Shown here: in pieces, positions 1 through 14,023 of the stretch
How the letters are laid out: every line of letters starts with the position of its first letter
Numbering within the stretch: the stretch's first letter is position 1
From: Eutreptiella sp. 'Long Island Sound 2002'
Lineage: Eukaryota > Protista > Euglenida
Assembly (NCBI GenBank): GCA_964036045.1
Contig: OZ038378.1
Location: 197,842,001-197,906,000, forward strand
Reading direction: 5' to 3'
DNA: 64,000 bases
Notes under the pieces: model-generated
The model's database searches: none
Told to the model about the DNA's origin: nothing
What the model saw: the letters and a program-made list of their open reading frames with translations, nothing else
Program-made: the position numbers and the translations under genes

Positions 1-1
1 G

Positions 2-3000
2 AAAGAGAAGGGAAAATGGCGCCTCGTGGTGGACTACCGCCAACTTAATGAGGCTACCTTGCCCGACGCACACCCCCTCCCCCTCATAGAAAACATGTTG
101 GAAAATCAATCCAAACACAAGATTTTCACTATTGTGGACTTGAGTAAAGGGTTTCATCAAATTCCCCTTCACCCTGAATCCCGGGCTAAGACCGCCATGA
201 ATTTGGCGGGTAAGCGATACCAATGGCGTGTTATGCCTATGGGTATCAAGAATGGGCCCGCTATTTTTCAACGGGTCATGGACCATGTTTTGCAGGGTTT
301 GGATTGTGCGGACGTATATATTGATGATATTATTATTGGTTCCTCCGGTGCGACGGAGGAGGAGCTATTGGCTAACCACGACCGCGACGTGCGTGCCGTG
401 TTGGATAGGCTACGAAAAGAGGAGTTGGTTGCTTCGGTTAGCAAAACCGATTTCTTTGTTCGTTCGGTTGAGTTTTGTGGCCATGTGTTGGAAAATGGCA
501 CACGTCGGCCGGCGCCAGGGAAAATGTTGGCGCTTGAGCGTTGGGACAAACCGGATAATGTTCGGGAGCTCCGGGGGTTCTTGGGGCTCGCCAACTATTA
601 TTCGGGCTATGTCCAACACTACGCCTCCATAGCTACCCCTTTGATTAATATGTTGAAGGATTTGCCTAAGCATAAGAATGGCAAAAAGATAGGCCTAACA
701 TGGAATGCTTCGGCTAACGAGGCCTTTTTGAAGCTCAAGCGTGCTATTACGGATATTGTTCCCCTCCAACTAGCCGATTGGGATAAGGACTTTGTCCTCA
801 CCCCGGACGCTAGTAATTGGGCGGTGGGGGCGGCCCTACAGCAGGAAGGTCCCGATGGTGCCCTACGCCCCCTTGCCTTTTTCTCCCGCAAATTGTCAGG
901 CAGCCAGTTGAATTGGAGCCCTCGGGAGAAAGAATGCTACGCCATAGTGGCGGCGCTTTTAAAATGGCATGGTTGGGTGGGGAACAAGCGCGTGGAGGTC
1001 CGTACGGACCACCGTAGCCTTGAAAATTGGGCTACGGAGGACCTCAAAACCGTGGGGGGTCCCTCTCCGCGCCAAGCACGTTGGCATGAATTGTTCTCTA
1101 AATTCGACCTCCATGTGGTTTACACTCCGGGGCCAGTGAACCCCGTGGGTGATTTCTTGTCCCGTTGGGCTTACCCTGCTAACCCGGCGTTGGGTGATGT
1201 GTCCATACATGGGACGGCCCAAGCGGCCGGGGATGTGCGGGACATGATGGCGGCCGAGAAGGAGGAACTTCTCGCCCGCCCCCTTGTATTTAGGGCGGTT
1301 GTGGCGCCCGTTGTTACTAGGTCTAAAGCGGCGCCTCGGGCTCAAGGGGCGCCCGCTTGTGATCCACCCCCTCTGGCTTCGCCTCCAGTGGGGGGGGGGA
1401 CGAAGCAAAAGAGAAAGCTTCGGAGACTGGAGCGAATTGTCAAGATAAAAAAATCTTGGAAGTCCCACAAGAAAGCAACTCCTATACATGGGGAGGATGC
1501 TCCCAATGTTTTTGAGATAAGTTGGGCTAAACACTACCCAAATTGTCAACGCTACAAACAAATGTGGCAAGATGCCTTGAATGGGAGCTTCCAAGATGGA
1601 GTGAGGTTGGTGGATAACAAGCTCGTCCGTAATGGACGGTGGTGTGTTCCTACGCCGCTAGTGCATCGTTTGGTAGCCGAATACCATGATGCATTTCACT
1701 TAACTACCTCCAGTGTGGAAAAACACTGGAAGGAAATTAACCATGGCGTGGAAGGTGAGGGGTTGTACAAAGCAGTGGAACTGCAATGTCAAACGTGTCC
1801 CTCATGCGCCATTCACACGCATGACACCAAGCGCAAGCAAGGGTACATGACCCCTATGCCTATACCTATGGAGCCCATGGACTCCATAGCGCTTGATGTG
1901 TTTCACTACCCTTCCACCTCCCACGATGGAGAGGTGTATGACCGAATGCTCCTATGTGTATGCCGGCTTTCCGGCTACCTCATCGCGATCCCTATTCCTA
2001 AACCCCGTCATGGAGACAAGGATGAAGGGCTAACGGGGAGAAGAGCGGCCCATTTGGTAATGGAGCGCTGGGTGGATAGGTTCGGAGCCCCTCGTGAAAT
2101 ATGCTCCGACCGTGGGCCACAATTTGTGAGCCAATATTTCCAAACCCTTTGTTCTAAGATTGGTGCCCGCTCGACTATGTGTCTCGCGGGTAGGCACCAA
2201 GGTAATGACAAGGCCGAAAATACTGGCAAGCAGCTAAGGCGTGCCGTTGCTAAAGCCATTACCTTGAAGAAAAAGAGAACTAATTGGGTAGAGGTTTTGC
2301 CCGCCGTTGTACGAGCGTGGCATGAGACTACAGGTCCTTCAGGTTATACACCTAACGAGATTGTGTTTGGTAAACACAACCGTACTAAGGGGCCTCCTCT
2401 TGCTGAGCCTAAGGGGGTGGCCCAAGACGCCGCTCACTACTTCCAGCGGCGTGAGGAGCTTATTGCTCTTGCACGGAGGGCTATGATTCAAGTGCAAGAG
2501 ACAATGGCTCGTAAGTATAATAAGAGTAGGAGGATGTCCCCCAATTTCTCAAAAGGGGACCGCGTATGGGTCCGTCGCCAACGCAAAAATCTTGGCGATA
2601 AGACTTGTCCCTATTGGGATGGGCCCTATGAGGTTGTGGCCAAGAAGGCGCACGACCTCTATGTTATTCAAGTGGACCAACGGAGGTTAGTTGACGTCCA
2701 CGTTGATTGTTTAATGAAAACGGTCAACTCCCCTCGCTCCCCCGTGCCTCTAAATTACACGGAGGAGGTTGCTAGGGTGCCCTCCCAGTTTGAGGAGGAC
2801 ACCTATAATGTCAAGAAAATATTAAGTCACCGTACTTACCGCAAGAGACTTCTCTTCAAGGTGCGGTGGGAGGGTTATACCAAAGATTGGGATACCGAGG
2901 AACCCGTCGAAACCTTCTTACCGTCCTACAACAAAGTTTGGAGAGATTACTTGCAGAAACAGAATCTCACCCAAACCGTTGACATCCTTGCCCACCTTGG

Positions 3001-3016
3001 TGGACCGCTCTCATGA
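2..3016 (+). mobile_element. pol: Ty3/Gypsy LTR retrotransposon pol ORF of chromovirus type (RT, RNase H, integrase, chromodomain); 5' end lies outside the window
   Basis: The frame is open from position 2 (KEKGKWRLVVDYRQLN) to TGA at 3014-3016. RT motifs DLSKGFHQ, MPMGIKNGP and YIDD; RNase H TPDASNWAVGAAL; integrase HHCC (YHDAFH...CQTCPSC); DDE core (ALDVF, SDRGPQF, AEN); GPY motif (YWDGPYEV); C-terminal chromodomain (YNVKKILSHR...FKVRWEGY...DTEEPVETF). The RT-RH-IN order is Gypsy. Confidence 0.97.
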
Positions 3017-3751
3017 GCGTGCCACGAAAAGAAAACCCTAACCAATATGGATATATTATTGTTTGGGGAAGGGAGGAGAGAGCGAGAAGCGGTGGGAGAC
3101 AGGAAAGAAGATGTGCATGCACGGCGCGCTCCTCGGTTACAAAAATCCCCACCGGAGCAGGGCGGTGGGTACCGCAGGTTTACCCCACCGTCTACCTCTC
3201 TCACCGCTAAAAGGCTTGAGAGTCCTTGGGGTGGGGTGGCGTGGCATATAGCCTGGGGCGGAAGTGGGACGTGTTCTTTCGGGGGTCTTAATGCCATTCA
3301 AACCCCTATCCTTGGGTCTTACTGGAGCACTCCTACCACCACCAGGACTACTGCCGTCAGTCCTGCCCACGATGACGCCCCCTGTCAAGGGTGCTAACAA
3401 CGTGGCAAGCACTTCCCGAAGACTCTGCCGGGTTGTGCGCATGGTGGTGTTTGCAAGGTTTCGGAGTGCCGCCCCGTACCGAAACCACGACCCCACGACC
3501 GTCCCTGACCCGTGACCCAAGCCAACGAGCTAAATCATTTGCTCAAAATGGCGAAGGCTTGAAAACTTCGTTGGGTTGGCGGGTACAACCCATTTTCCCT
3601 TTTTGTGTTGGGCGTGATGGTTTTCCACCGATTTGCCCTTGTCCACACGAGGGTAGGTATACAAGGTACGAAGTACTCGTGTGGCGCACATTACGTGGAA
3701 AAAATTTCGTGGCGTGCAAAATTGCCACTACATACGGCGAGGACTTAAGCC

Positions 3752-3762
3752 TAGAGGGAGGG
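3752..3762 (+). other. Candidate polypurine tract of the Gypsy element
   Basis: agagggagggg follows cgaggacttaagcct, which resembles Gypsy 3' ends. No clear TG-starting LTR follows, and the 5' LTR is not in the window for comparison. Confidence 0.25.
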
Positions 3763-4125
3763 GTCGTCCTCTACAATACAAGTATTCTAATATGAATTGC
3801 AATGGGTGCCTTTGCCCCGTCACTCTATGAGTGGGTGGGGTCTTCAAAGGCAAGGAGTGGCGTTGCGGATTTGGGCCGTCTCCGCCGCCTGGGTATTCGT
3901 CCCCGGTCGCTATGCGTGCCCGGGTTGGGAGTGGGTACCCTCCGTTGCCATTGCATGGGGCCGCATGCTGGCTGGGTGTGCTCTTCATGTCCTTGATGAA
4001 TTTCGCGGGGGAATTCCTGCCTGCAACGAGAGGGAACAAACAGTATGATGAAAAGGGCGAGTGTGCACATGCATATGTTTAGGAGAGAATATGTATATTA
4101 ATGTTTTCTCTAGAGTTCCCCACGA

Positions 4126-4250
4126 GTGGACTTGGATTTCCACAACACCCGAGGGGTCCTCTATCCCAACACCCAACCAAACGGGTTGGGATATGGGCGT
4201 GGCATTTTTCTTTATAGAGACCCGTGCGTGGACTTGGATTTCCACAACAC
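4126..4250. repeat. 23-bp direct repeat pair in the non-coding region downstream of pol
   Basis: gtggacttggatttccacaacac at 4126-4148 and 4228-4250. Confidence 0.85.
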
Positions 4251-6680
4251 ACACGAGTCTCTCTGTCCGAGACACACCAAAACCGGGTGTGCCCGTGGCC
4301 AATGGTAGCGTGTGTGTGCGCATGCCATTAATTTAGTTACGGGATTATATGGTTGCCTATTACGTTGGTTATCACCCGCCCCCCGAACAAGCAAGACCTA
4401 GGTTGTCACCTACCTTTGGGGTTTTGTAGCCGTGTACACCGGCCCAAGTTTACACACGGAGGTGTAAACATGAATCCGTCATACACGGTGTAGAGGGGTT
4501 GGGGGAGTAAAACTCCTTTGGGGCGTGTCATCGTGCCCCCGGGGAGCAGGGTGGGCTGATACACCAGCGGGACCGTACGGGCGACCTCCCCAATTTGCAA
4601 CCTGGAGGTGACCCCCTGCGCTACGGCCCGCCGGTGGCACACCCACCGACAAAGGTAACACGCAAGCTAACCTAAGTGTTTATACGCACGCCCCCAAGAC
4701 ACACACGAACACCAAGCAACAAGGTGGCGTATCTATACACGTGTTCTATTGTGGATATGCTTACTGTTTGTTGTGTGTACGTGAGTAGTTTGTGGAAGCT
4801 CTTGCACGTGCCGTATGTGTGGAGTGCCCCCATCACGTGCCCCAAGGCCGCCACCGCGAGACCCACACTCTGTGATACCCTCCGGGCGAGTGTGTGCCCC
4901 CGGGCCCTGCCAATGGGTGTGCGCGCACAAGTGTGTCTTGTGTTTGTCGGTGTGCATCGCTCTATTATGTGTATATATGATATATATACGTAGTATGGCT
5001 CCTAGGTGAGGGGTTAGCAGTGAGGTCAGGTTATTATTACATGGTTATGAGGTTTGTCTATTTAAGTGTGTCTACTCACACCCTCATCCCATCTCCGTAC
5101 CTCCTCCTTTACCCTCTACGTGGTGCATCACGTGTGACACACATGCTAAATTAAGCATCCACACGGACACGGCCCTTGGCTGAGCCGTGCCCGTAGCATT
5201 TAGCCACAGCCGTGGCTGGTTTCCGGCAATCCACACACAAGGCACACCGGCCTTCGTTTCATTTTTGTTGTGTGTCGGGTCAGTTTGACGAGTGGGCCTT
5301 TGGCTAGGCCTTGTCTGGACGTTTACAAGCAAGTGAGCAAGCAAGTTTACATCTTACAAGCAAGAGCTCACTCATTACTACAAGCGTTACGGGCAAGCAC
5401 ATCAAGAACATCAAGCACATCAAGCCCTCATAAACGATCTAAAGCATGTGGGTGCAAGGTGTGGGCATCGTACCCCTGTTTTGGTTTGTGCCTAAATGAT
5501 CGTCGATCATTTACCCTGAGGCCATCGTGACCTCTTCCCTCTAGTTAGTGAGCTACCGCGCGCACGGTGGGCCATCGTGGCCGTGTTTGTTAAGTGACCT
5601 AGGCATGCACAAGGCAGTGGCGAGCACAAGTCAGACATGCATCCCTGCCCTCTATCGTTGTTTCCCCACGTGCTCCCTTGTGCAGGCACAGTCCTACGTT
5701 ACTGTTGGACATTCCCGTCAATACTCCTGGCAGTTTTTCTTTTTCAACATGTGAAATTTTTGCACTTTCGCGTCGCACCGCTTCGCATGTACCATTACCT
5801 TCAGTTTTGTTTAAAAGTGTGATTTCACTTTGCCTTTAGTTTCAATTCTTTGAAAAACTACCTGCCCTTACCTGCTGGACCCCACATGCCTCATGCGACA
5901 CGCAGGGACCAGACTCTACGCGCAACAGCTCGCGATTTCGCCTACTACTTATTGCGGGACCTGCGGGATCCCGTTTGTCAATTTCTGAATATCGGCGGTG
6001 GTTCGATTCCCACCGATCGGAGCTACCTCAGCGGCCGTGCGGCCGGCTCCGAGATTGCTTGCGTAGGTTCAATTCCCGGTTGGAGGGAATCTGCTAACCT
6101 GTGATTTGCTGCTGTTTGTGACTGCTACGTTCCTCTTGGGCATGTACTTCCTGCCCGTGGCAGTCGTTTTAAGTGGGGGGGTGAAGCAGGTCACAACCCT
6201 ACCCTGGCATTTTACCCCTAAGGGAGCATTATATGGCCCTATATATGGGATATATGTGGGATAGGGTATATCATATTCCATTTCCTTGTTAGGAACATAG
6301 GATGTGGGATGGATAAGGCATTCTTGGATGTTTAGTAGTTATATCAATTACTGGATGATAGGGTGGATTTCTCATATGTGCATATCAGGTATTTCATTGG
6401 CTATGTGTACCATATCTGTTTGCAGGATACTATTCAGTCAACACTATCGTTATGTCTTCGGTGCCAAGCAATGTTGCTGCCCATGCCACTGCGACCTCTG
6501 CTCCTGACCACCCGGTCTGGTTTCAGCGGGACCTCAAACACCCTTGGAAGCCCTCAGTGTGGATTATTTGGATTTGAGTTATTGTACTTGGGAGTTGGTT
6601 ATTGCAAGGGATCAGGATTTGTGTGAAGGAGCCATATTTTACTATTTTTTGTGGGAAATTGTGCAGGATAGGGCAAGATC

Positions 6681-7940
6681 ATGCAGAACCTGGTGAGAAG
6701 CAAGACCATAGGAGTGACAGGAAATGGTGGAAGGGGTACAGCAGGGGCTGGTCCTGGTAGGGACCTTCTTTACAATGTGTACGGCGTGGTCATTGCTGTC
6801 CACACCAGAGGCCAGGTGTACATTACGGAACCACAAGAGGGACAGGTGCTAATTCCGGAACCAATAGAATTGGAGTTAGACCATCACCATTATGCCGCCC
6901 GGGTGGGGCCTGCCCAAGAACCTTCCCCCCCTGTTGTGCCAAGCCCTGACCCTGAACCCGAAGTGGTTGACCTGAGCCTGGAGGATGATGCCCTCCTTGA
7001 TACCCCTTGCTGACCCCTGAGGAGGTTGAAGAGATTGTTATGGAGGATGTAGTCACAGTCACCAACAGTCATCCCAGACCCCATGGTCCCCGATGCACCG
7101 TCAGTTGACAGTGCGGTTTCCAGTTACCCATCACGTGACGGGCAACCAGCACGACCCCAATCCTTGGTAGACCGTGCTAGGAAATCCCCTTTTGCCGACA
7201 TCTTCAGGAAGTTGCAAAAGACAAAGCAAAGCCAAAGTGTGTCACAAGGGGCACGGTTGGTTGACAACCAAAAGGATTTTTTGCGTGCGGTTGGTAGTAG
7301 GCCCAAACCTGGCGAGTTTACCAAGGCAGAGGGTGAGTTGTGGGTACATTTGTATAATAGGTTCTTGAAGTGGCAACAGCCTTTTGTTGCAATGCATACC
7401 AAGTGGCAAAAGCATGTGGATGAGGACCAAATCCTCGATAGGACCAATGCACAGTTACATAAATTTAAGGAAACCGCCAAGCGAAGGAACTGGATTCCTC
7501 AGGATGAGGAACCGGAGGGAGAACCGCCTAACCGCAACCCTAGCCCCGACCAGGAGGTGGAGGCTCCAGTTGACGAGGCAGCTGAGGAGAGGGCATCATC
7601 CTCTACAGCATCACAAGGTCCTACACAACCACAAGCACCACCACAAGCACCACCACAATCAGCACAACCACAAGCACCACCACAAGCACCACCACAAGCA
7701 CCACTACCTGTACCACAAGCACAAGCAGACGCATACATACAACATGCACAAGCACAGCTGAATGCACGTGCGCTTATCCGTGACCGAACCCAAAGGGCAC
7801 TCAACACTGCTAACCTACAGCTTGCCCACTACCACGCCCTTGGTCACGAAAGGGCGTGGACACCGCAGGAGTTTCATACCATCACAGTGCTAATGCAAAG
7901 GGCCGAGCAGCTTGGCAGGATGCTGAACCAATACCAGTAG
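6681..7940 (+). pseudogene. Frameshifted ORF of unknown protein, probably transposon-derived, with a possible helical Myb/SANT-like segment and a QAPP repeat tract
   Basis: ORFs 6681-7013 and 7083-7940 can be bridged through a third frame (LLTPEEVEEIVMEDVVTV). The 285-aa part looks protein-like (FTKAEGELWVHLY...KWQKHV...RTNAQLHKFK). 12-bp cacaagcaccac tandem units at about 7628-7710 encode QAPP. Confidence 0.45.
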
Positions 7941-8633
7941 TGGTGCCCAGGTGAACTGTATGTTGTATGTTCCGACAATGATGTACTTCATCACATGGAT
8001 GCAATTGACCTACTTTACCCGTTTTGCAATTGTCTTTGTTTGTCATTGTGTATGTCTTCCTTCCCATGCACCGAAGGCGTGAAAGAAAATTTTTGTGAGA
8101 GGCTTAAGGTTAAGGTTGGTTAAGGTTATGCTCCCTCCTTAGGGTTTGACTCACTAAGACCTTTCCCCAAAAAGCCGAAGGTGGGCTTTGGTGACCTTCC
8201 CCAGAAAAACCGAAGGTGGTCTTTTGCCGAAAAGGGCCGAAGATGGTGTAGGCCATGCCTTTCAAGCCCCCTCTACTGTGTGGAGGTTATGGAAATTCCG
8301 AAATTTGCACTGCATCATGCGACTTGACATGCAGTGCATGCGACTTGACAACTTTTTTTCGTTTTTGAACCTATGGATCCATCAAATCCCAAAAGTCGTA
8401 CATTCCAATCGTCTTTCAAAGACCTGGATTACTAGTCGATGGTGAATAGCAGCGAGAATTTTTCCTATAGACTCCAGTGATACTACCATGCCCGTGGTGC
8501 CAGCCGTGCAGCATGGTTGACTGTTTGAGGAAATATCTGAGGGACATCCCTGCCTGAAGCATCAAGTTGCAACTCGTTACCTTTCTGCACCCAGAACTCC
8601 GACTCATTGTACCTCTGAGCTTCATTGAGACCC

Positions 8634-8711
8634 ATGAGTCACAAGGGGAAGTCCAATTCGGATTCTCATGTCCGGATTGGACACTACCGTTTCGGACAGA
8701 CGCTCGGACAA
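8634..8711 (+). CDS. SNF1: SNF1/AMPK alpha catalytic subunit, exon 1
   Basis: MSHKGKSNSDSHVRIGHYRFGQTLGQ followed by donor gtatgt at 8712. Joins in phase 0 to GSFGKVK and completes the kinase glycine-rich loop. Confidence 0.9.
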
Positions 8712-9063
8712 GTATGTCGCCTTGCCTGTTGGTGGAAAAAGTTCAAACTATCGTGGCCAATTTGCTGCCTCAGAATGCGGTTCAGGTTTTGGTCTGTGGG
8801 TGATTTTTACAGGGTGCTTCCTAGTGGGTTTCCCAAAGAGGGAAGGGGACTACACAAAAGAAAGAAGGAAGAAAACAGAAAAGAAAGAAGGGGGCGGGGG
8901 GTTACCTCTTTTTGAAAGTGGGTCATTGCTATTTGAACCGACAACACTCGCATCAAGGGTAACCGCAGCACCGTGGAAAACGACCTCCCTGCCGAATGGT
9001 TCGTCCCTGTTGACAAATGAATTCACCAACGAATCGCGTGCCGCGTACTTTTTTCGCTTGTAA

Positions 9064-9348
<285 letters not shown>

Positions 9349-10076
9349 TAGTCCTTCAACGCGGTTATTGGACGCTTCCTACTGTGTTGGGGGCTTGTTG
9401 CCACCAGGGCACGTGTGACAACGAATGTCTGCCCGCCCCAATTTCATCCAAAAAACAAATTTGCGTTGCCACCTTGACCTTTGGGTTTCCCTTTAGCTGA
9501 GCGCATGCCCCAACATGGAGGCTCCGATCTCCACAAACTTGGCAAAATCTGTATCTGTCCGGGTACTAAGTCCCAACATTTCTTCGTGATGCCACCGTGC
9601 AAAGAGGATGCGTTTTCCGGGCGGTCGCACGTAATGCACGTATTTGAAGCCATGCGTTGGGACTTTGGACTCAATAAACTGTTTCAAACTGGTCTTGCGG
9701 GAACACAATATGTGTTGTGTTGTGGCACCACAGTTTGGGGATTGCTTGGTGCAACTCGGGCGCGCTGGTTTTGTTAACGGAGCACATTCCTGACGTTGTT
9801 GGGTGGTTGATATTGTCCGCTTCACTGGCACATGTGTATGCCCTTGGGTAGCGGGTCGTTGTGGGGCCTTGTTGTTATTGTTGTCAGGCTTCACCCACAA
9901 CCTTGAGCTGTTTTTTTTTTGCTCTGTGCCTCCCAGCTATCCGGGTGGGGGCTCCCGGAACCTTGAGCTGTTTGTTCCTTTTTGGAATTTTTCTTTCAAA
10001 AACAGGTGAGGCCAGTTCACGTAGGGCTGGGGGAAACATGACATTACGATTTTGCTGCATATGTGCGTATGTGCAG

Positions 10077-10173
10077 GAATACGTTTGTGGAGGCGAACTC
10101 TTTGACCACATCGTATCAAGTGGACGTCTACAAGAGGCAGATGCGAGACGCTGTCTCCAGCAAATAATTTGCG
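10077..10173 (+). CDS. SNF1: SNF1/AMPK alpha, exon 3
   Basis: Acceptor gtgcag; EYVCGGELFDHIVSSGRLQEADARRCLQQIIC plus G; donor gtgatc at 10174 (phase 1). Confidence 0.95.
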
Positions 10174-11540
10174 GTGATCTCCCTTGCCGCTGTGTGCACC
10201 CCGTATTTGTAACTTGTGGTGAGTTGGGGGAAGGGGGGGCGGATGGCAATGGCGGGGAGGGGTTACACCCTCTGTTTTGGCACAACATGTTTGCGAGGCC
10301 TTTTTCACAGACGTTCGTCTGCTTTTCGATGAACTCCCGTTTTGCCCCCGCCCCCACCCGCGCGCCCTGGGGCTGCAGGGGCTGCAGGATCCATGGACCT
10401 CCAGCCCGACTACGGGACCGCCTAGCAGCAGCGTGAAACTCGGAGAGCGCTCTCCCCCGCTCATGTGGAGATCGCAACACATGGCCAAGGGGTTTCGGAT
10501 TACCTGTGGCCCAGGCAGTGGGAATGATTGCAGGTGAAGCCTGCCAGCGCTCAGGTGAATGGACGCCACTGGGGCAGCATGCCATTGCACCGGGACAAAT
10601 ATTTTAATCTCACCCACAAAACTGCAAACACCCGATGGGCGAAAGACCTTCCGCACGTATCGCGGCCTGGAATCAGGCCTCAGGAAGGCAACAAAGGCAG
10701 GCCCAGCCAATCCTGCCAAGGATGCTAAGGTACCGGCAATTTTGAACGCATTGCGAACAATCAAGGAAGTACAGCCTTTTGGAGAGGAGAGCGGGAAGGA
10801 AATGCTCCCCCGGTGGAGTGTTGCTGGGAAACGGTGATGACTTGGGGTTGCCTCAGGGTGGGATTCACAGCGGGCCTACGGTCAGCATGTGGAGGCCAGT
10901 GACAGGCCGCACGTTCTGACACGCGTTGACCCGAAATTTGGCTGAGGAAAAATCAAATTTGAATAAGCGGCCCTTTGTGGGACCCACCCCGACCACCCCC
11001 CACGCTTTGTATTAATTCCTTAAAAACAAAGTCTGGTGCATACCTCGGTGTACAGTGCACCAGAGATGCACTCGCCCCACAGCACTTCATGCTTTCGAAC
11101 ATCCTCTGGCAACCGCCGGTCCGCATACACATCACTGAAATAGCGCCTCACAGGGACGGTGAAAAGACGTTAGGTATGTCTGGAACAGCCGAATGTTCGA
11201 CGAGGGCGGGGTACCACCCGAGACGTGAAATTTGCAATGGCAAGGCCCGCAGTCCTCGACCCAAGCCAGACATACTCCAAATCAGCTCCAAGCGCCCACA
11301 TTATGCCGGTGAAATTGCAACTCCAGACGAAACCCTCAATCAGCTCCAATCGCGTCCGGTGAGATTTGCAACTCCTGATGAAACTGTCGGCGCCGATCGG
11401 GGTATTCATAACTTCGTCCTCTGGCCCCTGGAAAGGGCATTGCCTTCGGTATCATTTTGCTGCTGCAAGGATACGATAAAGGGCAAACTGAGGGCCAGGT
11501 TTTGGGCTGGGTATAGCCGCGGCGCATACTGGGGGTATGA

Positions 11541-12425
<885 letters not shown>

Positions 12426-14023
12426 TAGACTGCCTTTGGATTGGACGTTGAGCACAGCCGGCCCGGCAGCTTTCTGAGCTATCCTGCATGTGTCGATGCC
12501 CCCCACCAGTTTGCAGAACCTCTTGTATGCATCCAGCTGCTTTTCTCAAAGGTGATTTCCGGTTGCTCTCCGAAGTGCCCGGGGTATTCGGGACGAGTAA
12601 TGCTAGCCGAAGGAGGGGCGGCTCTTTGCAAGCCCTCCCCCGGTATCGAGAACAAAGATCCCAGGGCCATTGGCATGGGACGTATACAGACCAAAAGGCG
12701 TTTTGAATGTTGAGCGGTGTCAGCCACAGGCGGTTGTGACCCCAGGATGTGCCCCCAAAAACAGTCTCGGAGTGTTGAGGCCCGACAGCCGGAAGCAACA
12801 TGGCCAGCACAGGTTGCTGTCATGTTTTCCAGTCTCTTTGGGCCGAGTTACACCCGTAGGGGATGTGGACTTGTTCCAGAAGCCCCTGAAGGGGCCTGTT
12901 TCTTTTTTCCCATGCCCCCTTTTTGTCCCCATTCGTGTACCATGGCCGAAGGGCTTAATTGGAGGATAATTGTTGTTTCCAAAAAACATCTATTCCAATG
13001 AGTTTTGTGTTTAGGACACCCAAAGACCCCCCCCCCCCCCAACGGACACACATAGAAAACGCTGGGGGGTTTGCCATAAAGGCTCAATGAGTGTGCCAGT
13101 TAGTACTTCCGGGTGTACGCACTGGTTTGAGTTCTGAGTTCTGAGATTTGTTTACGTTGCTTGCTCCAAGCCAGTGGGAAAGAGTAGAGGAGAGAGTAGA
13201 GGGACAGTTGCCCCTCTACTCACAAATGCTGCCTCTGCCCCTTGGTGTCGCCGCCATGGTTCACATAAAGTCTTTCCCAAGACACTGAGTTTTGGAGGGT
13301 GCTCACCACCACAAAGAATGTTGGAAATTTAACACAGGGCCAGGCGGTTCCGATCACCAGGTGTTACCCATTCCAGGCATTTTGCCGTTGTGTCCTTTTT
13401 TGTTGCACCCACACCCAGGGTGACACCACAGCCCTACAACGGCCGATACCTGGGTGTGGGTACGCCCAGGGGGTGTTTGTTTGTTCCACCGTGGTGGGTG
13501 GCTTGCTAGCATGCAGACCCAAGGTAACACCTCAGCCCCGTGGCAAATCAATACCTGGTTGTGGGTGCTGTCTGGGGGGGGGGGGGGGGGCATTGCGTTT
13601 AAGCGGGCTCAGAGGTGGGGGATGCCCCCCCCCTTTTGGGGGATGGGGTTGGACAAGGTTTGTTGCAGCTCTACGTATGTAGTTGTCACTGCAAGGTGTT
13701 GCCCCTAAGGAACCAAGAGTGTCTGGGGGCTGAAGCTATGTTGTGGTCTGATGGGCCAGTACCAGCATTTTACCAGCTGGACATGGACGGTGCGAGGAGC
13801 ACAGCCACCGCAACTGGAGTGGAGCGCAGAGGCATCCATTTATCGATCAGTATTTCAGAGACCACTTTGACCTACCCTTTGACAACGGCTTCCACCCCGC
13901 TCATGTTTCTGGCAAGGCCACACCCAAAAAACCGAGTGCTTGCAACGCATGCCAATTGTTTTGCTACCGAGCCTTCAAGTTCTGCTTTCATGTTGTCGCT
14001 TTCAAAGTGCCGCGGTGTCACAG

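Noticed and set aside
8101-8146. Telomeric repeat array
   Set aside because: Only a few degenerate taaggt/ttaggg words are present, not a true tandem array.
10559-10837. Integrase fragment in intron 3
   Set aside because: Only a vague resemblance, with no HHCC or DDE motif that I can support.
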